A stretch of 64,000 nucleotides of DNA from an uncultured archaeon (lineage in GTDB: Archaea; Asgardarchaeota; Hermodarchaeia; Hermodarchaeales; Hermodarchaeaceae), in NCBI GenBank assembly GCA_964347045.1, contig CAYFXC010000001.1, forward strand, positions 96,001 to 160,000. The letters are read 5' to 3'. The notes below the pieces were generated by a model. It did no database searches. It saw only the letters and a program-made list of their open reading frames with translations, and was not told where the DNA came from. Positions 29,123 to 38,085 of the stretch are shown in pieces. Both the position numbers and the translations under genes were made by a program. Each line of letters opens with the position of its first letter. Position 1 is the stretch's first letter.

Positions 29123-29704
29123 TTAGCTGATAATTGCCTTTTGATTAATCGTCCCATCACTGTTAAATGGCACACCTTCAGCTCTTAGAATTCTTGCTTT
29201 CTCTTTAGTTCCAGTTGTAGTTCCACCCAATTTTCCCAATCTACCATCGGAATGAATGACGCGATGGCATGGGATGGCCCATGGAACTGGATTAGTTCGC
29301 ATGACTGACCCTACACCGCGAGGAGATGAGTTGCTTTGTTTTGATAAACCTCCATACGAAATTACTTTGCCTCGTGGAACCTGTAGTAAATATTTCGACA
29401 CTGTTAGTCGAGCAGAAGACCAGTTTTTCAGTGAAATCTCGTCAAGAGAAAACGGTTGTCCATCACCTTGTAGAAGTTCTACGAGTCGAAATCCAATTTT
29501 TTGTGTTTTTGATGATAGGTTTGTTTCGTCAACCTCTTTAAAACGTTGTAAACGAATGAGAGTGTCCTTTAGTCTCCTCTTTGCCTGTTTTATAGATTGC
29601 TCGGACGAAGTACAGGCAACAAGTGTTCCAGTTGTTGTTTCTAGCGCATATGCTATCCATCGGTTGGGTGTTACTTGTACTGTATCAATACTAATTGTGG
29701 TCAT
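29123..29704 (-). CDS. ogt: Methylated-DNA--protein-cysteine methyltransferase
   Basis: VPRGKVISYG, NP...IPCHRV active site. Confidence 0.92.
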   Translation of the reverse strand: MTTISIDTVQVTPNRWIAYALETTTGTLVACTSSEQSIKQAKRRLKDTLIRLQRFKEVDETNLSSKTQKIGFRLVELLQGDGQPFSLDEISLKNWSSARLTVSKYLLQVPRGKVISYGGLSKQSNSSPRGVGSVMRTNPVPWAIPCHRVIHSDGRLGKLGGTTTGTKEKARILRAEGVPFNSDGTINQKAIIS

Positions 29705-29756
29705 TATGTAAGGACTTTAATTCAACCCTCTATAAAGAAATTCCAGTGACGAAAAA

Positions 29757-30824
29757 ATGGTTGTTGAAATTAATGGCTCTGTTTTGGAAGGGGGCGGCCA
29801 AATCCTTCGCTCAGCAATAGCGTTTGCTGCCGTTTTGGGTGAACATGTAGTTGTCAACGAAATTCGTGCAAAGCGAAAAATACCAGGTCTTCGCCCACAG
29901 CATCTGCATGGAATATTGGCCATTAAAAATCTAACAAACGCCCAAGTAAAAGGAGCGCACGAAGGTTCAACTCGTATCGAATTTCTTCCTCTAAATCGTA
30001 TAGGAGGTGATATTCATGTAAATATTGGCACTGCTGGTGCCATTACTCTAGTTCTTCAAGCGGTCATGATTGTTGCTCCATTTTGTGAACGACCAGTCAA
30101 AGCAACATTAATTGGTGGAACAAATGTTGCTTGGAGCCCACCCATTGATTACCTCCAAGCGATTTTCCTTCCAAGACTCAAACAAATGGGATATGTTGGC
30201 TCATTAGAAACTACAAAACGAGGTTATTATCCCCGAGGAGGCGGTGAAGTGAACGCAGTCATATCTCCCGTCATAAGGTTAGTCCCTCTTACTTTAGGCG
30301 AAGTCAAGGAAACACCAATAATAACGGGGATATCTCATTGTGGATCACTTCCTCGACATGTCGCAGAACGACAAGCTAAAGCTGCAACCAATATTCTCGT
30401 TGAAAAGAAATATCCGGTCAAAAAAATCACAATTGAACATAGTGAAAACACCTTTTCTCCTGGGAGTGGAATTTCTCTCGCTGCTCAAAATAATGGAAAT
30501 CGCATTCTCGGTGCAGATGCTTTAGGACGTCGCGGATTAAAGGCAGAAAAGGTAGGTGAAAACGCGGCCTTATCGCTTCTACAAGAATTAGCTACTTGTG
30601 CAGCTGTCGATCAATACCAAGCTGATATGCTCATTCCCTACCTCGCGCTCGCCAACGGAACCTCCTCAATCTATATAACAAATCTTACAATGCATACCAT
30701 TACGAATATCCATGTAGTGGAGCAGTTTTTAAACATCAAATTTGACGTTGACGGAGAGTTAAATTCCCCTGCACGCATTTCAGTTAATGGGACTGGTTTT
30801 GAAAGATCTGTAGCTTCTCAGTAA
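29757..30824 (+). CDS. rtcA: RNA 3'-terminal phosphate cyclase
   Basis: EGGGQILR, PGLRPQH, GGTNV, RGYYPRGGG, HTITN. Confidence 0.95.
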   Translation: MVVEINGSVLEGGGQILRSAIAFAAVLGEHVVVNEIRAKRKIPGLRPQHLHGILAIKNLTNAQVKGAHEGSTRIEFLPLNRIGGDIHVNIGTAGAITLVLQAVMIVAPFCERPVKATLIGGTNVAWSPPIDYLQAIFLPRLKQMGYVGSLETTKRGYYPRGGGEVNAVISPVIRLVPLTLGEVKETPIITGISHCGSLPRHVAERQAKAATNILVEKKYPVKKITIEHSENTFSPGSGISLAAQNNGNRILGADALGRRGLKAEKVGENAALSLLQELATCAAVDQYQADMLIPYLALANGTSSIYITNLTMHTITNIHVVEQFLNIKFDVDGELNSPARISVNGTGFERSVASQ

Positions 30825-31821
30825 TCTTCTTTGATGTCAAAACGATGTCGTGAAAAACATAATCTACGCCTTCATGGGTTATTGCGCTGATAGCTGGAAT
30901 TTCATCATTGTCAATCAAATTGCGAGCACGTTGCACCTCTTTCGGAGAAGCAATATCCAGCTTGTTAATAACTGGAAAGATTTCTACTTCTGAAAACGTT
31001 TTCCGTATTTCATTGAATAATGCCACTTGACTAGCAAGCTCATAACCACAGGTCAAGGTTGGATCTATTAAGAAGATGATTATGTCCGCCAGGTATTGGA
31101 TTGCGGCTATTGCCCGTTGCTCAATGGGATTTCTATCTTTCATAGGACGGTCCAATAATCCTGGCACATCGAGGATTTGGCTTTCAGCTGAATTTATTTG
31201 AATGTGACCAACACTGATTTTTTTCGTTGTGAAGGGATATTCTGCAATCTCAGGGGTAGCCGAAGATAGAATTGCGACAAGCGAGCTTTTTCCCACATTA
31301 GGAAATCCTGCAATCACTATCACAGGAAGCTGTAAGTTAATAGATGGAAAACGTCGGTACTCTAAAGCGGCTTTTCGGATTAACATTAGGCGGGTATCTA
31401 TTCTTCGCATTACAGACGATATACGTCCATAGGCGGCGATTCTTATATTTCGGGCTTCTGATGGAGTTGAAACTTTTCGTAGATTGCGGTTTGCATCTCC
31501 GATAATTCTTCGGATAATTCGGACCGCCGAAGTAACAGAGGCAAGTGCTTGGCGAATATCGTCAATGGTTACAACGGTGTCAGCTAGTGTACGATAGAAA
31601 GGAGGAATATTGTCGAAATTTGGGAACCGCTTGACGACTTCTTCGAGCCTAGTTGCGAGAATGTCATTTACCTTGTTTAGTTTAGCAATTTCTTTCTCTC
31701 GAGCTCGAATATGAGGACGTTTTTTTGATTTGGGAAGCGTTACCTTTGAAGCTCTAGCGAAGGCAACATCAAGTAACTCTTTGGTATTTGGAATATATTT
31801 TAAGCCAGTAAATGGATTCAC
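30784..31821 (-). CDS. NOG1 family GTP-binding protein
   Basis: GFPNVGKSS, YPFTTK, DVPGLLDRP...RN.IE, NKLD. Confidence 0.93.
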   Translation of the reverse strand: MNPFTGLKYIPNTKELLDVAFARASKVTLPKSKKRPHIRAREKEIAKLNKVNDILATRLEEVVKRFPNFDNIPPFYRTLADTVVTIDDIRQALASVTSAVRIIRRIIGDANRNLRKVSTPSEARNIRIAAYGRISSVMRRIDTRLMLIRKAALEYRRFPSINLQLPVIVIAGFPNVGKSSLVAILSSATPEIAEYPFTTKKISVGHIQINSAESQILDVPGLLDRPMKDRNPIEQRAIAAIQYLADIIIFLIDPTLTCGYELASQVALFNEIRKTFSEVEIFPVINKLDIASPKEVQRARNLIDNDEIPAISAITHEGVDYVFHDIVLTSKKITEKLQIFQNQSH

Positions 31822-31902
31822 TTGTACTCACAACACTATTGGGAAGCAAGTCACAAAGATTTTTTAACTGCTTTCCTACGTTAGCAGGCAAGGGAATTAA
31901 AA

Positions 31903-32520
31903 ATGAGTGGCCAAAATGATTTAACGCCTTTCTTCGGTGCCGCCACCGTTGGAATCACATTCAGTAATGGTGTAGTTATAGGAGCAGAAAAACGGGTTCT
32001 ATGGGGCTACACTGTGGTAAGCAAAACTGGAAAGAAAGTATTTCCAATCACGGATAACATCATTGTTGGTAGTGCTGGGGTAAGCGGAGACTATCAAATG
32101 CTTTCATCTTTCTTAACAGCTGAATCCAGTCTTTTCGAGTTGGAGAATAGAAGACCTATTACGGTAAATGCTGCAGCCCAACTCCTTTCCAATATTCTTT
32201 TTAGTCGCAAATACATGCCTTTCCTCACCCAGACACTAATAGGAGGAGTTGACGAGAAAGGTTCGCACCTGTTTAGTCTTGATCTTGCAGGTTCACTTAT
32301 GGAAGAGAAATTCGCTGCGGTTGGTACTGCAACTTCTCTTGTGTTAGGGGTTCTTGAGGCCAATTATCATGAAAATTTATCAAAATCCGAAGCAATGGAA
32401 CTTGCAGTTAAGGCAATCCGCTCTGCTACACGGCGAGATGCAATGTCGGGTGACGGAATTGACCTTCTCGTTGTTACTTCGGATGGTTTGGAATCAAAAC
32501 ACATTCCACTCGCTGAATGA
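31903..32520 (+). CDS. psmB: Proteasome subunit beta (lacks Thr1; probably non-catalytic)
   Basis: FFG|AATVGI...AEKR, GGVD, RDAMSGDGID. Confidence 0.93.
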   Translation: MSGQNDLTPFFGAATVGITFSNGVVIGAEKRVLWGYTVVSKTGKKVFPITDNIIVGSAGVSGDYQMLSSFLTAESSLFELENRRPITVNAAAQLLSNILFSRKYMPFLTQTLIGGVDEKGSHLFSLDLAGSLMEEKFAAVGTATSLVLGVLEANYHENLSKSEAMELAVKAIRSATRRDAMSGDGIDLLVVTSDGLESKHIPLAE

Positions 32521-32531
32521 GGATATTTCCA

Positions 32532-33488
32532 TTATACTTTCTCTAGGAGTATCACGCGGCTTACAGAATCCTCTTTTGAAATAATATAGTCAGATTCATC
32601 AGCTAGTTCTTCAGCGAAATCTCGGATTTCTTTCATATTTGGCATATTCTCACGAGAAAGCCGTTGCATGCTGCCACCAACGTGCATAAAGGCTTTGCAT
32701 TCAATGAAATCGGAACCTGCTCCATCAAGGATTTTTGCATATTTGGATACACTGTGCATGTTGTGACCCATTACAAGAGTCATTCGTATTACACTAGGAC
32801 AGGAGAAAGTAGACAGAAGGCCTAATGAATCCTGTAGCCTTTCCCAGGCTATAGGTACTAAAGGGCGACATAATTCTTGATGTGTTTTTTTATCTGGAGC
32901 AACAAATGAGATGTATAACTGTGTGGGTTCCTCAATTTGTTCAAGAACTTGTGGATTGGTACCGTTACTTACAAGATAGCTTGTCCAATTACGATGTTTA
33001 CATTCTTCAATTAAATCTGAAAGTCGTTCATAACGTGTAGGTTCTCCCACCAGACTAATTGCCACGTGTTGTGGGTTTCGTGCCTCTTCATACATTTTCG
33101 GAAGAACTTTGGGATGGCAAATGGGATTATATCCATCGAGAATCTTTCGCTGTTCAATAATGGCATTGTCTAAAATTTCTGAAGGTTCATCAGATACTTC
33201 TCTCTGCAAATGATTAGGAAAGCCTTCGTCCCCAGGCATAGTTCGCCAACAAAATTGACATGATTGGCTACATTGTAGCGTAGGAGAAAGTTGCATGCAC
33301 CTATGAGTAACTATCGTTTCATAGAAAGTTTGTTTGTAACATGGACGCTGCTGGGTCAAAGCCTTGTGAAGGTGATAACATTTCTTCAAAACACTATTTC
33401 TACCAATGAAACGATAACGTTGTCGACGGTAAATTTTAACTAAATCAGTAGAAACCACAAGACCAACCGTGGATTCAGCCAGAGCCAA
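32532..33488 (-). CDS. taw1: 4-demethylwyosine synthase Tyw1/Taw1 (radical SAM)
   Basis: CYKQTFY, HRCMQ, CSQSCQFCWR, HVAISLVGEPT, ECKAFMHVG. Confidence 0.93.
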   Translation of the reverse strand: MALAESTVGLVVSTDLVKIYRRQRYRFIGRNSVLKKCYHLHKALTQQRPCYKQTFYETIVTHRCMQLSPTLQCSQSCQFCWRTMPGDEGFPNHLQREVSDEPSEILDNAIIEQRKILDGYNPICHPKVLPKMYEEARNPQHVAISLVGEPTRYERLSDLIEECKHRNWTSYLVSNGTNPQVLEQIEEPTQLYISFVAPDKKTHQELCRPLVPIAWERLQDSLGLLSTFSCPSVIRMTLVMGHNMHSVSKYAKILDGAGSDFIECKAFMHVGGSMQRLSRENMPNMKEIRDFAEELADESDYIISKEDSVSRVILLEKV

Positions 33489-33539
33489 TCATTTAAGTAT
33501 TCTGTTTTCACAGCACCCACACACGACCAAATTGTTCGC

Positions 33540-34184
33540 ATGGGGTCTTCCACCATGAGCCTTAAAAAAATTGGCGATGCAATCTATGCAAATCTAGCAG
33601 TTCAAAACAAATCTCGTGATCTTCTTATTGATGAGATGCATAAAGTGCTAAAAGTAACAAGGGAAGCAATTTCTGCTATACACCAGGATGAAATGAATAA
33701 GGCCGGAAAATCAATTGAAAAAGCCCAATCACTTTTGAAGGCAGCGCAAACTCATGTTGAAAAACTCAGTCAACTCCCTGTTATTGGATTAGTACACGAT
33801 GCTGAAGGCGAAGTCGCTGAGGCTTCTTTATTTTACTCATTTCGCCGTAAAGAGAAGTTACCAGATCCCGAAAAAATTGGTGTAGGCGTCATCGGCTATC
33901 TCCAAGGGCTTGGAGATTTTGTCGGAGAGCTCCGAAGATATTCAATCGATTCCTTAATAAACGATAATCCTGATGAAGCAAAAAGAGCATTTAATCAAAT
34001 GGAACAGGTTTATGCTACTTTAATGACATTCGATTTTCCTCACGGCTTAACACCAGGGATTAGACGAAAAACAGATTTAGCTCGTGGGTTAATTGAACGA
34101 ACTCGTGCTGATCTCAGTACAGCTGTTGAAAACCGTCGGTTACTTGCAGGAATATTCTCTTTACAAAAATCGCTTGGAAAATAA
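33540..34184 (+). CDS. Translin/TRAX family protein
   Basis: EGEVAEA, YLQGLGDFVGELRR, IRRKTD. Confidence 0.88.
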   Translation: MGSSTMSLKKIGDAIYANLAVQNKSRDLLIDEMHKVLKVTREAISAIHQDEMNKAGKSIEKAQSLLKAAQTHVEKLSQLPVIGLVHDAEGEVAEASLFYSFRRKEKLPDPEKIGVGVIGYLQGLGDFVGELRRYSIDSLINDNPDEAKRAFNQMEQVYATLMTFDFPHGLTPGIRRKTDLARGLIERTRADLSTAVENRRLLAGIFSLQKSLGK

Positions 34185-34200
34185 AGGAGGGCTATCATCC

Positions 34201-34857
34201 CTGCCAAACAAGTTCTCTACTATAAGAGCCCGGCAAGTTCAACAAAGTCTAGTTAAATGCCTTATTGAAGAAGATGCATTCCCTAATCCACCTCTTACGG
34301 TATGCGGTTTAGACGTCTCTTATTTTGATCAGACAGCCATTGGAGTCGCTGTCATACTTAGCTTTCCAGATCTAAATCTAATAGAACAAAAAATTGTGTA
34401 TACCAAATCAACAGTTCCATATGTTCCCACATTCCTATCTTTCCGGGAATATCCCCCACTTTCGTTGGCTTATAATGCACTTTCAACTAAACCTGATCTT
34501 TGTTTTGTTGATGCACATGGTCGAGCACACCCCCGAAAACTTGGTGCGGCTAGTCATTTTGGCATTTTAAGAAATGTGCCCACAATAGGAGTGGCGAAAA
34601 GCTTACTGTGTGGAACCATCCAACTCAATACTAAACCGTTTGAAACAATAATTCTCGATGGTGAAGTACTTGGTGCAAGGCTATTTACAAGATACGGGTG
34701 CAACCCAATTTATGTCAGTGTTGGGCATCGAATATCATTAGCAACTGCTGTTGAAATGACCCAACAATGCGTTAGTAAGTATCGCCTTCCTGAACCCACG
34801 CGTCTTGCACACCGCATGGCAACTGAGGCACGACTTAAATTAAAAAATATGCGATGA
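34201..34857 (+). CDS. nfi: Endonuclease V (start uncertain: CTG 34201 or TTG 34093)
   Basis: GLDVSY, PYVPTFLSFRE, VDAHGRAHPR, TIGVAK, YVSVGH, RLPEP. Confidence 0.92.
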   Translation: MPNKFSTIRARQVQQSLVKCLIEEDAFPNPPLTVCGLDVSYFDQTAIGVAVILSFPDLNLIEQKIVYTKSTVPYVPTFLSFREYPPLSLAYNALSTKPDLCFVDAHGRAHPRKLGAASHFGILRNVPTIGVAKSLLCGTIQLNTKPFETIILDGEVLGARLFTRYGCNPIYVSVGHRISLATAVEMTQQCVSKYRLPEPTRLAHRMATEARLKLKNMR

Positions 34858-35552
34858 TACACTTGAAAGAACAGCTTTGGTTTACTCTTTTGGCATTGGC
34901 TCAACTTGGCGCTGTTTCTACCGATATTCGAACATCAACTTCACGGCTAGCTCAGCTTCTACAGATTAGTCAACAAACAGCTTCACGAAGACTTTATGTC
35001 CTGGAAAGAAGGGGTTTCATTCGCCGGGTTCTTGATAATCGCGGACAACTAATTCGCCTAGAACCCAAGGGGATATCGAAATTAGCCAAAGTTCAGTCCA
35101 TCCTAGAAATAGCTATAGCCAAAAAACGATATCGAAGTTTTAGAGGACGAGTCTTCACAGGGCTAGGTGAAGGCGCATACTATATCCGTTTAGAAGGCTA
35201 CCGAAAACAATTCAGAAAAATGTTAGGTTACAATCCGTACCCCGGAACACTAAATATTCAACTATTAGCCGAAACAGACGTGGACGAATTTCAGCTGCTT
35301 AAAGCAACTGTTGGTATCAAAATCTTTGGATTCGTAACTGGGGATAGAAGTTTTGGACCAGTTATATGTTATCCTGCAACAGTAAATGGTGAACAAAAAG
35401 CTACTGTCTTGTTGATTGAACGCACTCACCATCATCCAAATGTCGTTGAAATCATTGCTCCTATTTGTCTTCGTGAAAAACTCGAAGTTTCGGATGATGA
35501 TGTTGTCACTGTGAAATTCGATCTTTCTGTTTTGCAAAGGCCTTCTCAATAA
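34854..35552 (+). CDS. ribK: CTP-dependent riboflavin kinase with N-terminal HTH (RbkR type)
   Basis: SQQTASR HTH; GLGEGAYY, PYPGTLN, RTHH. Confidence 0.93.
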   Translation: MIHLKEQLWFTLLALAQLGAVSTDIRTSTSRLAQLLQISQQTASRRLYVLERRGFIRRVLDNRGQLIRLEPKGISKLAKVQSILEIAIAKKRYRSFRGRVFTGLGEGAYYIRLEGYRKQFRKMLGYNPYPGTLNIQLLAETDVDEFQLLKATVGIKIFGFVTGDRSFGPVICYPATVNGEQKATVLLIERTHHHPNVVEIIAPICLREKLEVSDDDVVTVKFDLSVLQRPSQ

Positions 35553-35976
35553 TCCGGGTTGTGCTGTTCAGCTGAAATTCATCATACAATCTTTCTAACC
35601 GAATTACCTGAGTCGAAAATCCTTTTCCTTTTAATCGCTTCTGAATTTCATCTAATGAGAACTTTTGGTTAGGACCCAACATGAGAACATCTGGATTCAA
35701 TTCTTCAATGATGCTTACAAAATCACGACCAGGGTTACCCAAAACTGCTTTTGAAACACCTTTCAAAGCTTCAACCATAAAGAGACGCTGTTTTTCGGGA
35801 ACAATAGCAGGATGCCCTTTCGTATGGATTACATTTTCATCACGAGCAATAACTACAATAACCTCACCTAGCTTTGCCGCCTCCATAATCAGAAAAACAT
35901 GACCGGGGTGAAGAATATCGAAGGTTCCAGTAATAACAATTCGCTTTTTCGTCATCCTGTTTGCCTTTCTATACAT
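35506..35976 (-). CDS. ribL: FAD synthase (archaeal RibL, cytidylyltransferase family)
   Basis: GTFDILHPGH, VIARD, PD...LGPNQ, STTRI. Confidence 0.88.
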   Translation of the reverse strand: MYRKANRMTKKRIVITGTFDILHPGHVFLIMEAAKLGEVIVVIARDENVIHTKGHPAIVPEKQRLFMVEALKGVSKAVLGNPGRDFVSIIEELNPDVLMLGPNQKFSLDEIQKRLKGKGFSTQVIRLERLYDEFQLNSTTRIIEKAFAKQKDRISQ

Positions 35977-36016
35977 GCAACTATAAAATCTTAGGGCTTG
36001 TCTCTTATGCAGAAAG

Positions 36017-36024
36017 TTTTAAAA
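36017..36024 (+). promoter_or_regulatory. TATA box of tRNA-Lys
   Basis: GAAAG-TTTTAAAA ~30 nt upstream of the tRNA. Confidence 0.5.
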
Positions 36025-36052
36025 TCAGTGGTAGAAAAAAATGCTCAATCAC

Positions 36053-36172
36053 GGGCTCGTAGCTTAGCCAGGCAGAGCGTCGGGCTCTTAATCCAATTGT
36101 ATTGGAGACACCCGATTGTCGGGGGTTCGAAAGTATGCGAATATGTATCCGAAAATCCCCCCGAGCCCGCCA
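36053..36172 (+). tRNA. tRNA-Lys(CTT) with two introns: 19 nt at 37/38 (36091-36109) and 24 nt at 59/60 (36132-36155)
   Basis: GGGCTCG/CGAGCCC acceptor, CT-CTT-A, T-loop insert with TTCG/CGAA helix and 3-nt bulges; CCA encoded. Confidence 0.93.
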
Positions 36173-36174
36173 TT

Positions 36175-37182
36175 TCATCTTTTACGAAAATGTTCATATC
36201 CCTTTGGTTCAATTACTCTCTCTTCTCCATTAATTCGTAAGACTTTGTCAGGCTCTTCGACAATTTTACCAATAGGAGTAAGAGATCCACCTGCTTGTTG
36301 AATAATTTTCGATGCTTTTTCCAACTTTTGAGCAGGTAAGGTTACGATGAGTTCGAATTCTTCACCTCCGTAAAGTGCAAGATCAATCGGATCCAATTTG
36401 TTTGCTGCAGCAAACTTTTTACAAATTTCAGGAATTGGTAAGTTGTCTATTTCGACTCCAACGCGGCTAGCCGCGGCGAGTTCATGTAATGACCATGCCA
36501 ACCCATCACTGCTGTCAATGGATGCAGACACAATTCCAGCACGAGATAATGCTACTCCTTCTTTTATTCGCGCCTTAGGATGAAGTGCCTGTTCCCGAAT
36601 CTGATCAACAAGCTTGGTAGGTTTCGAATGCCCCCGTAACAAAGCTTCAAACAAAGCCCCAGTATACCCGAAATCACCCGTGGTAGCAATCAAATCACCT
36701 GGTTTCGCTCCTTTCCTTCGAAGAATTTGATGTCGAGGTGCCTTACCTATTGCAGTACAATCAATCACGAGTTCCAAACATTGGTTTGTATCTCCACCCA
36801 GATAGTATGTTTCATGTTCACGAAAAACACAATTTAATCCTCCAACGAGAGCCGCCGCAAAATTCGTTGGGGTATCTGCGGGAAGACCCAAAGATACCAT
36901 CACCCCTAACGGTGTTGCTCCTTTTGCCGCTAAATCACTTAGTCCCATCACCCCCGCTTTCCATGCAATTTCACTAGCTGTCATTCCTGGTAAAACATCC
37001 GTTGATTCTACGAGCATGTCACTGTTTACAACAAGAGCAACTCCATTCAAAGGAACAGCCACGGCATCTTCCATACCAGATAGAAGTGCTTCATCGTAAG
37101 GAGTAATCAAATCCTGAAACCAACGGATTAGTCCTCTTTCTCCAAGTTCGCGTAGTGTGGTATGTTTTTTTGACATGAACAA
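36175..37182 (-). CDS. thiL: Thiamine-monophosphate kinase
   Basis: LGERGLI, SDLAAKGA, GGDT, IDSSDGL, GGEEFEL. Confidence 0.94.
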   Translation of the reverse strand: MFMSKKHTTLRELGERGLIRWFQDLITPYDEALLSGMEDAVAVPLNGVALVVNSDMLVESTDVLPGMTASEIAWKAGVMGLSDLAAKGATPLGVMVSLGLPADTPTNFAAALVGGLNCVFREHETYYLGGDTNQCLELVIDCTAIGKAPRHQILRRKGAKPGDLIATTGDFGYTGALFEALLRGHSKPTKLVDQIREQALHPKARIKEGVALSRAGIVSASIDSSDGLAWSLHELAAASRVGVEIDNLPIPEICKKFAAANKLDPIDLALYGGEEFELIVTLPAQKLEKASKIIQQAGGSLTPIGKIVEEPDKVLRINGEERVIEPKGYEHFRKR

Positions 37183-37253
37183 TCCCTTCGCATTCTACTA
37201 TTCACAACAGTGTCGAAATCTTTTTGGGTGTCCCTATTCAACCCATGTACAGT

Positions 37254-37353
37254 GCCTCGGTAGCTCAGTGGTAGAGCGACAGCCTCGTAAATTCTGAAAT
37301 CGTGTTGTCGAGTAAGCTGCTGGTCGCGGGTTCAATCCCCGCCCGAGGCTCCA
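37254..37353 (+). tRNA. tRNA-Thr(CGT) with 25-nt intron at 37/38 (37290-37314)
   Basis: GCCTCGG/CCGAGGC acceptor, CT-CGT-A, BHB (CTCG/CGAG with TAA bulges), CCA encoded. Confidence 0.93.
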
Positions 37354-37369
37354 TTTTTTGAAGTGCTTG

Positions 37370-37626
37370 TTAAGCTGGTTTCACGCGAGAATCTACGATT
37401 TCTTGGAATTTCAGATCTCCAGCCTGTTTCAAAAGCGTATCTAAATCCATGAAATTAATGTAAGATCAAAGGGGTCTACCTTGTGTTTTTTGAATAGCCG
37501 CCGATAAAAAGGATGATTCGGATAAATCTGGTAGCGGATAAAAGCGCGGAATTTTCGATTCTGCATAGCTTCAATTTATTCATAGCTTAGTGATTTCAGC
37601 TCATCGAAGGCTAGAAACCGTTTCAT
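37370..37626 (-). pseudogene. Remnant of a phenylacetate-CoA ligase (PaaK)-like gene: internal stop and large internal deletion
   Basis: MKRFLAFDELKSLSYE*IEAMQNRKFRAFIRYQIYPNHPFYRRLFKKHKVDPFD, then in another frame MDLDTLLKQAGDLKFQEIVDSRVKPA*. Confidence 0.6.
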
Positions 37627-37809
37627 ATTCAACACATAACAAGAGATACCATAATGACGAATTACAATGCCTGTTTTTTAATTGCAAAAAGCGTTTCGAT
37701 GATTTAAAAGAAGCACCTGCATTCCCCTGTCTAAGTACAGATAACTGTGCATTCTAAACAGGCATTATTCTGCAAGCTTATGAGAAAAAGAAATTTAGAG
37801 CGGAGTGAG

Positions 37810-38058
37810 CTAATCGACAAGGTCAATTAGTGCGACATCTTCGAATGTTCCCGAGGGTAATTTCCGTCTGATAGTAATTGGGAGAACTCGTTTTTGTAAT
37901 TCCAATTCAGCTATTCGTATCGGATCGTGGAAATTCGAAGAAATACGAGTAAGAATTGGGGCACCCATGGATATTTGAAGGGCACGAGCTCCCACTACTC
38001 GGGATTTTTCGTATCGGGTCATTCGTTTAGGACCGATTTCAGGTCCTTTCTTTGCCAC
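37810..38058 (-). CDS. rpoK: RNA polymerase subunit Rpo6/K
   Basis: TRYEKSRVVGARALQISMGAP...LPITIRR. Confidence 0.96.
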   Translation of the reverse strand: MAKKGPEIGPKRMTRYEKSRVVGARALQISMGAPILTRISSNFHDPIRIAELELQKRVLPITIRRKLPSGTFEDVALIDLVD

Positions 38059-38085
38059 ATTTTCCGCCCCTTTTAGTATGCTTTC

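Noticed and set aside
35998-36301. 80-aa and 61-aa ORFs
   Set aside because: They span the intron-containing tRNA-Lys
37354-37809. Integrated element at tRNA-Thr
   Set aside because: No integrase and no duplicated tRNA 3' end (att) seen; the gap is explained by a pseudogene
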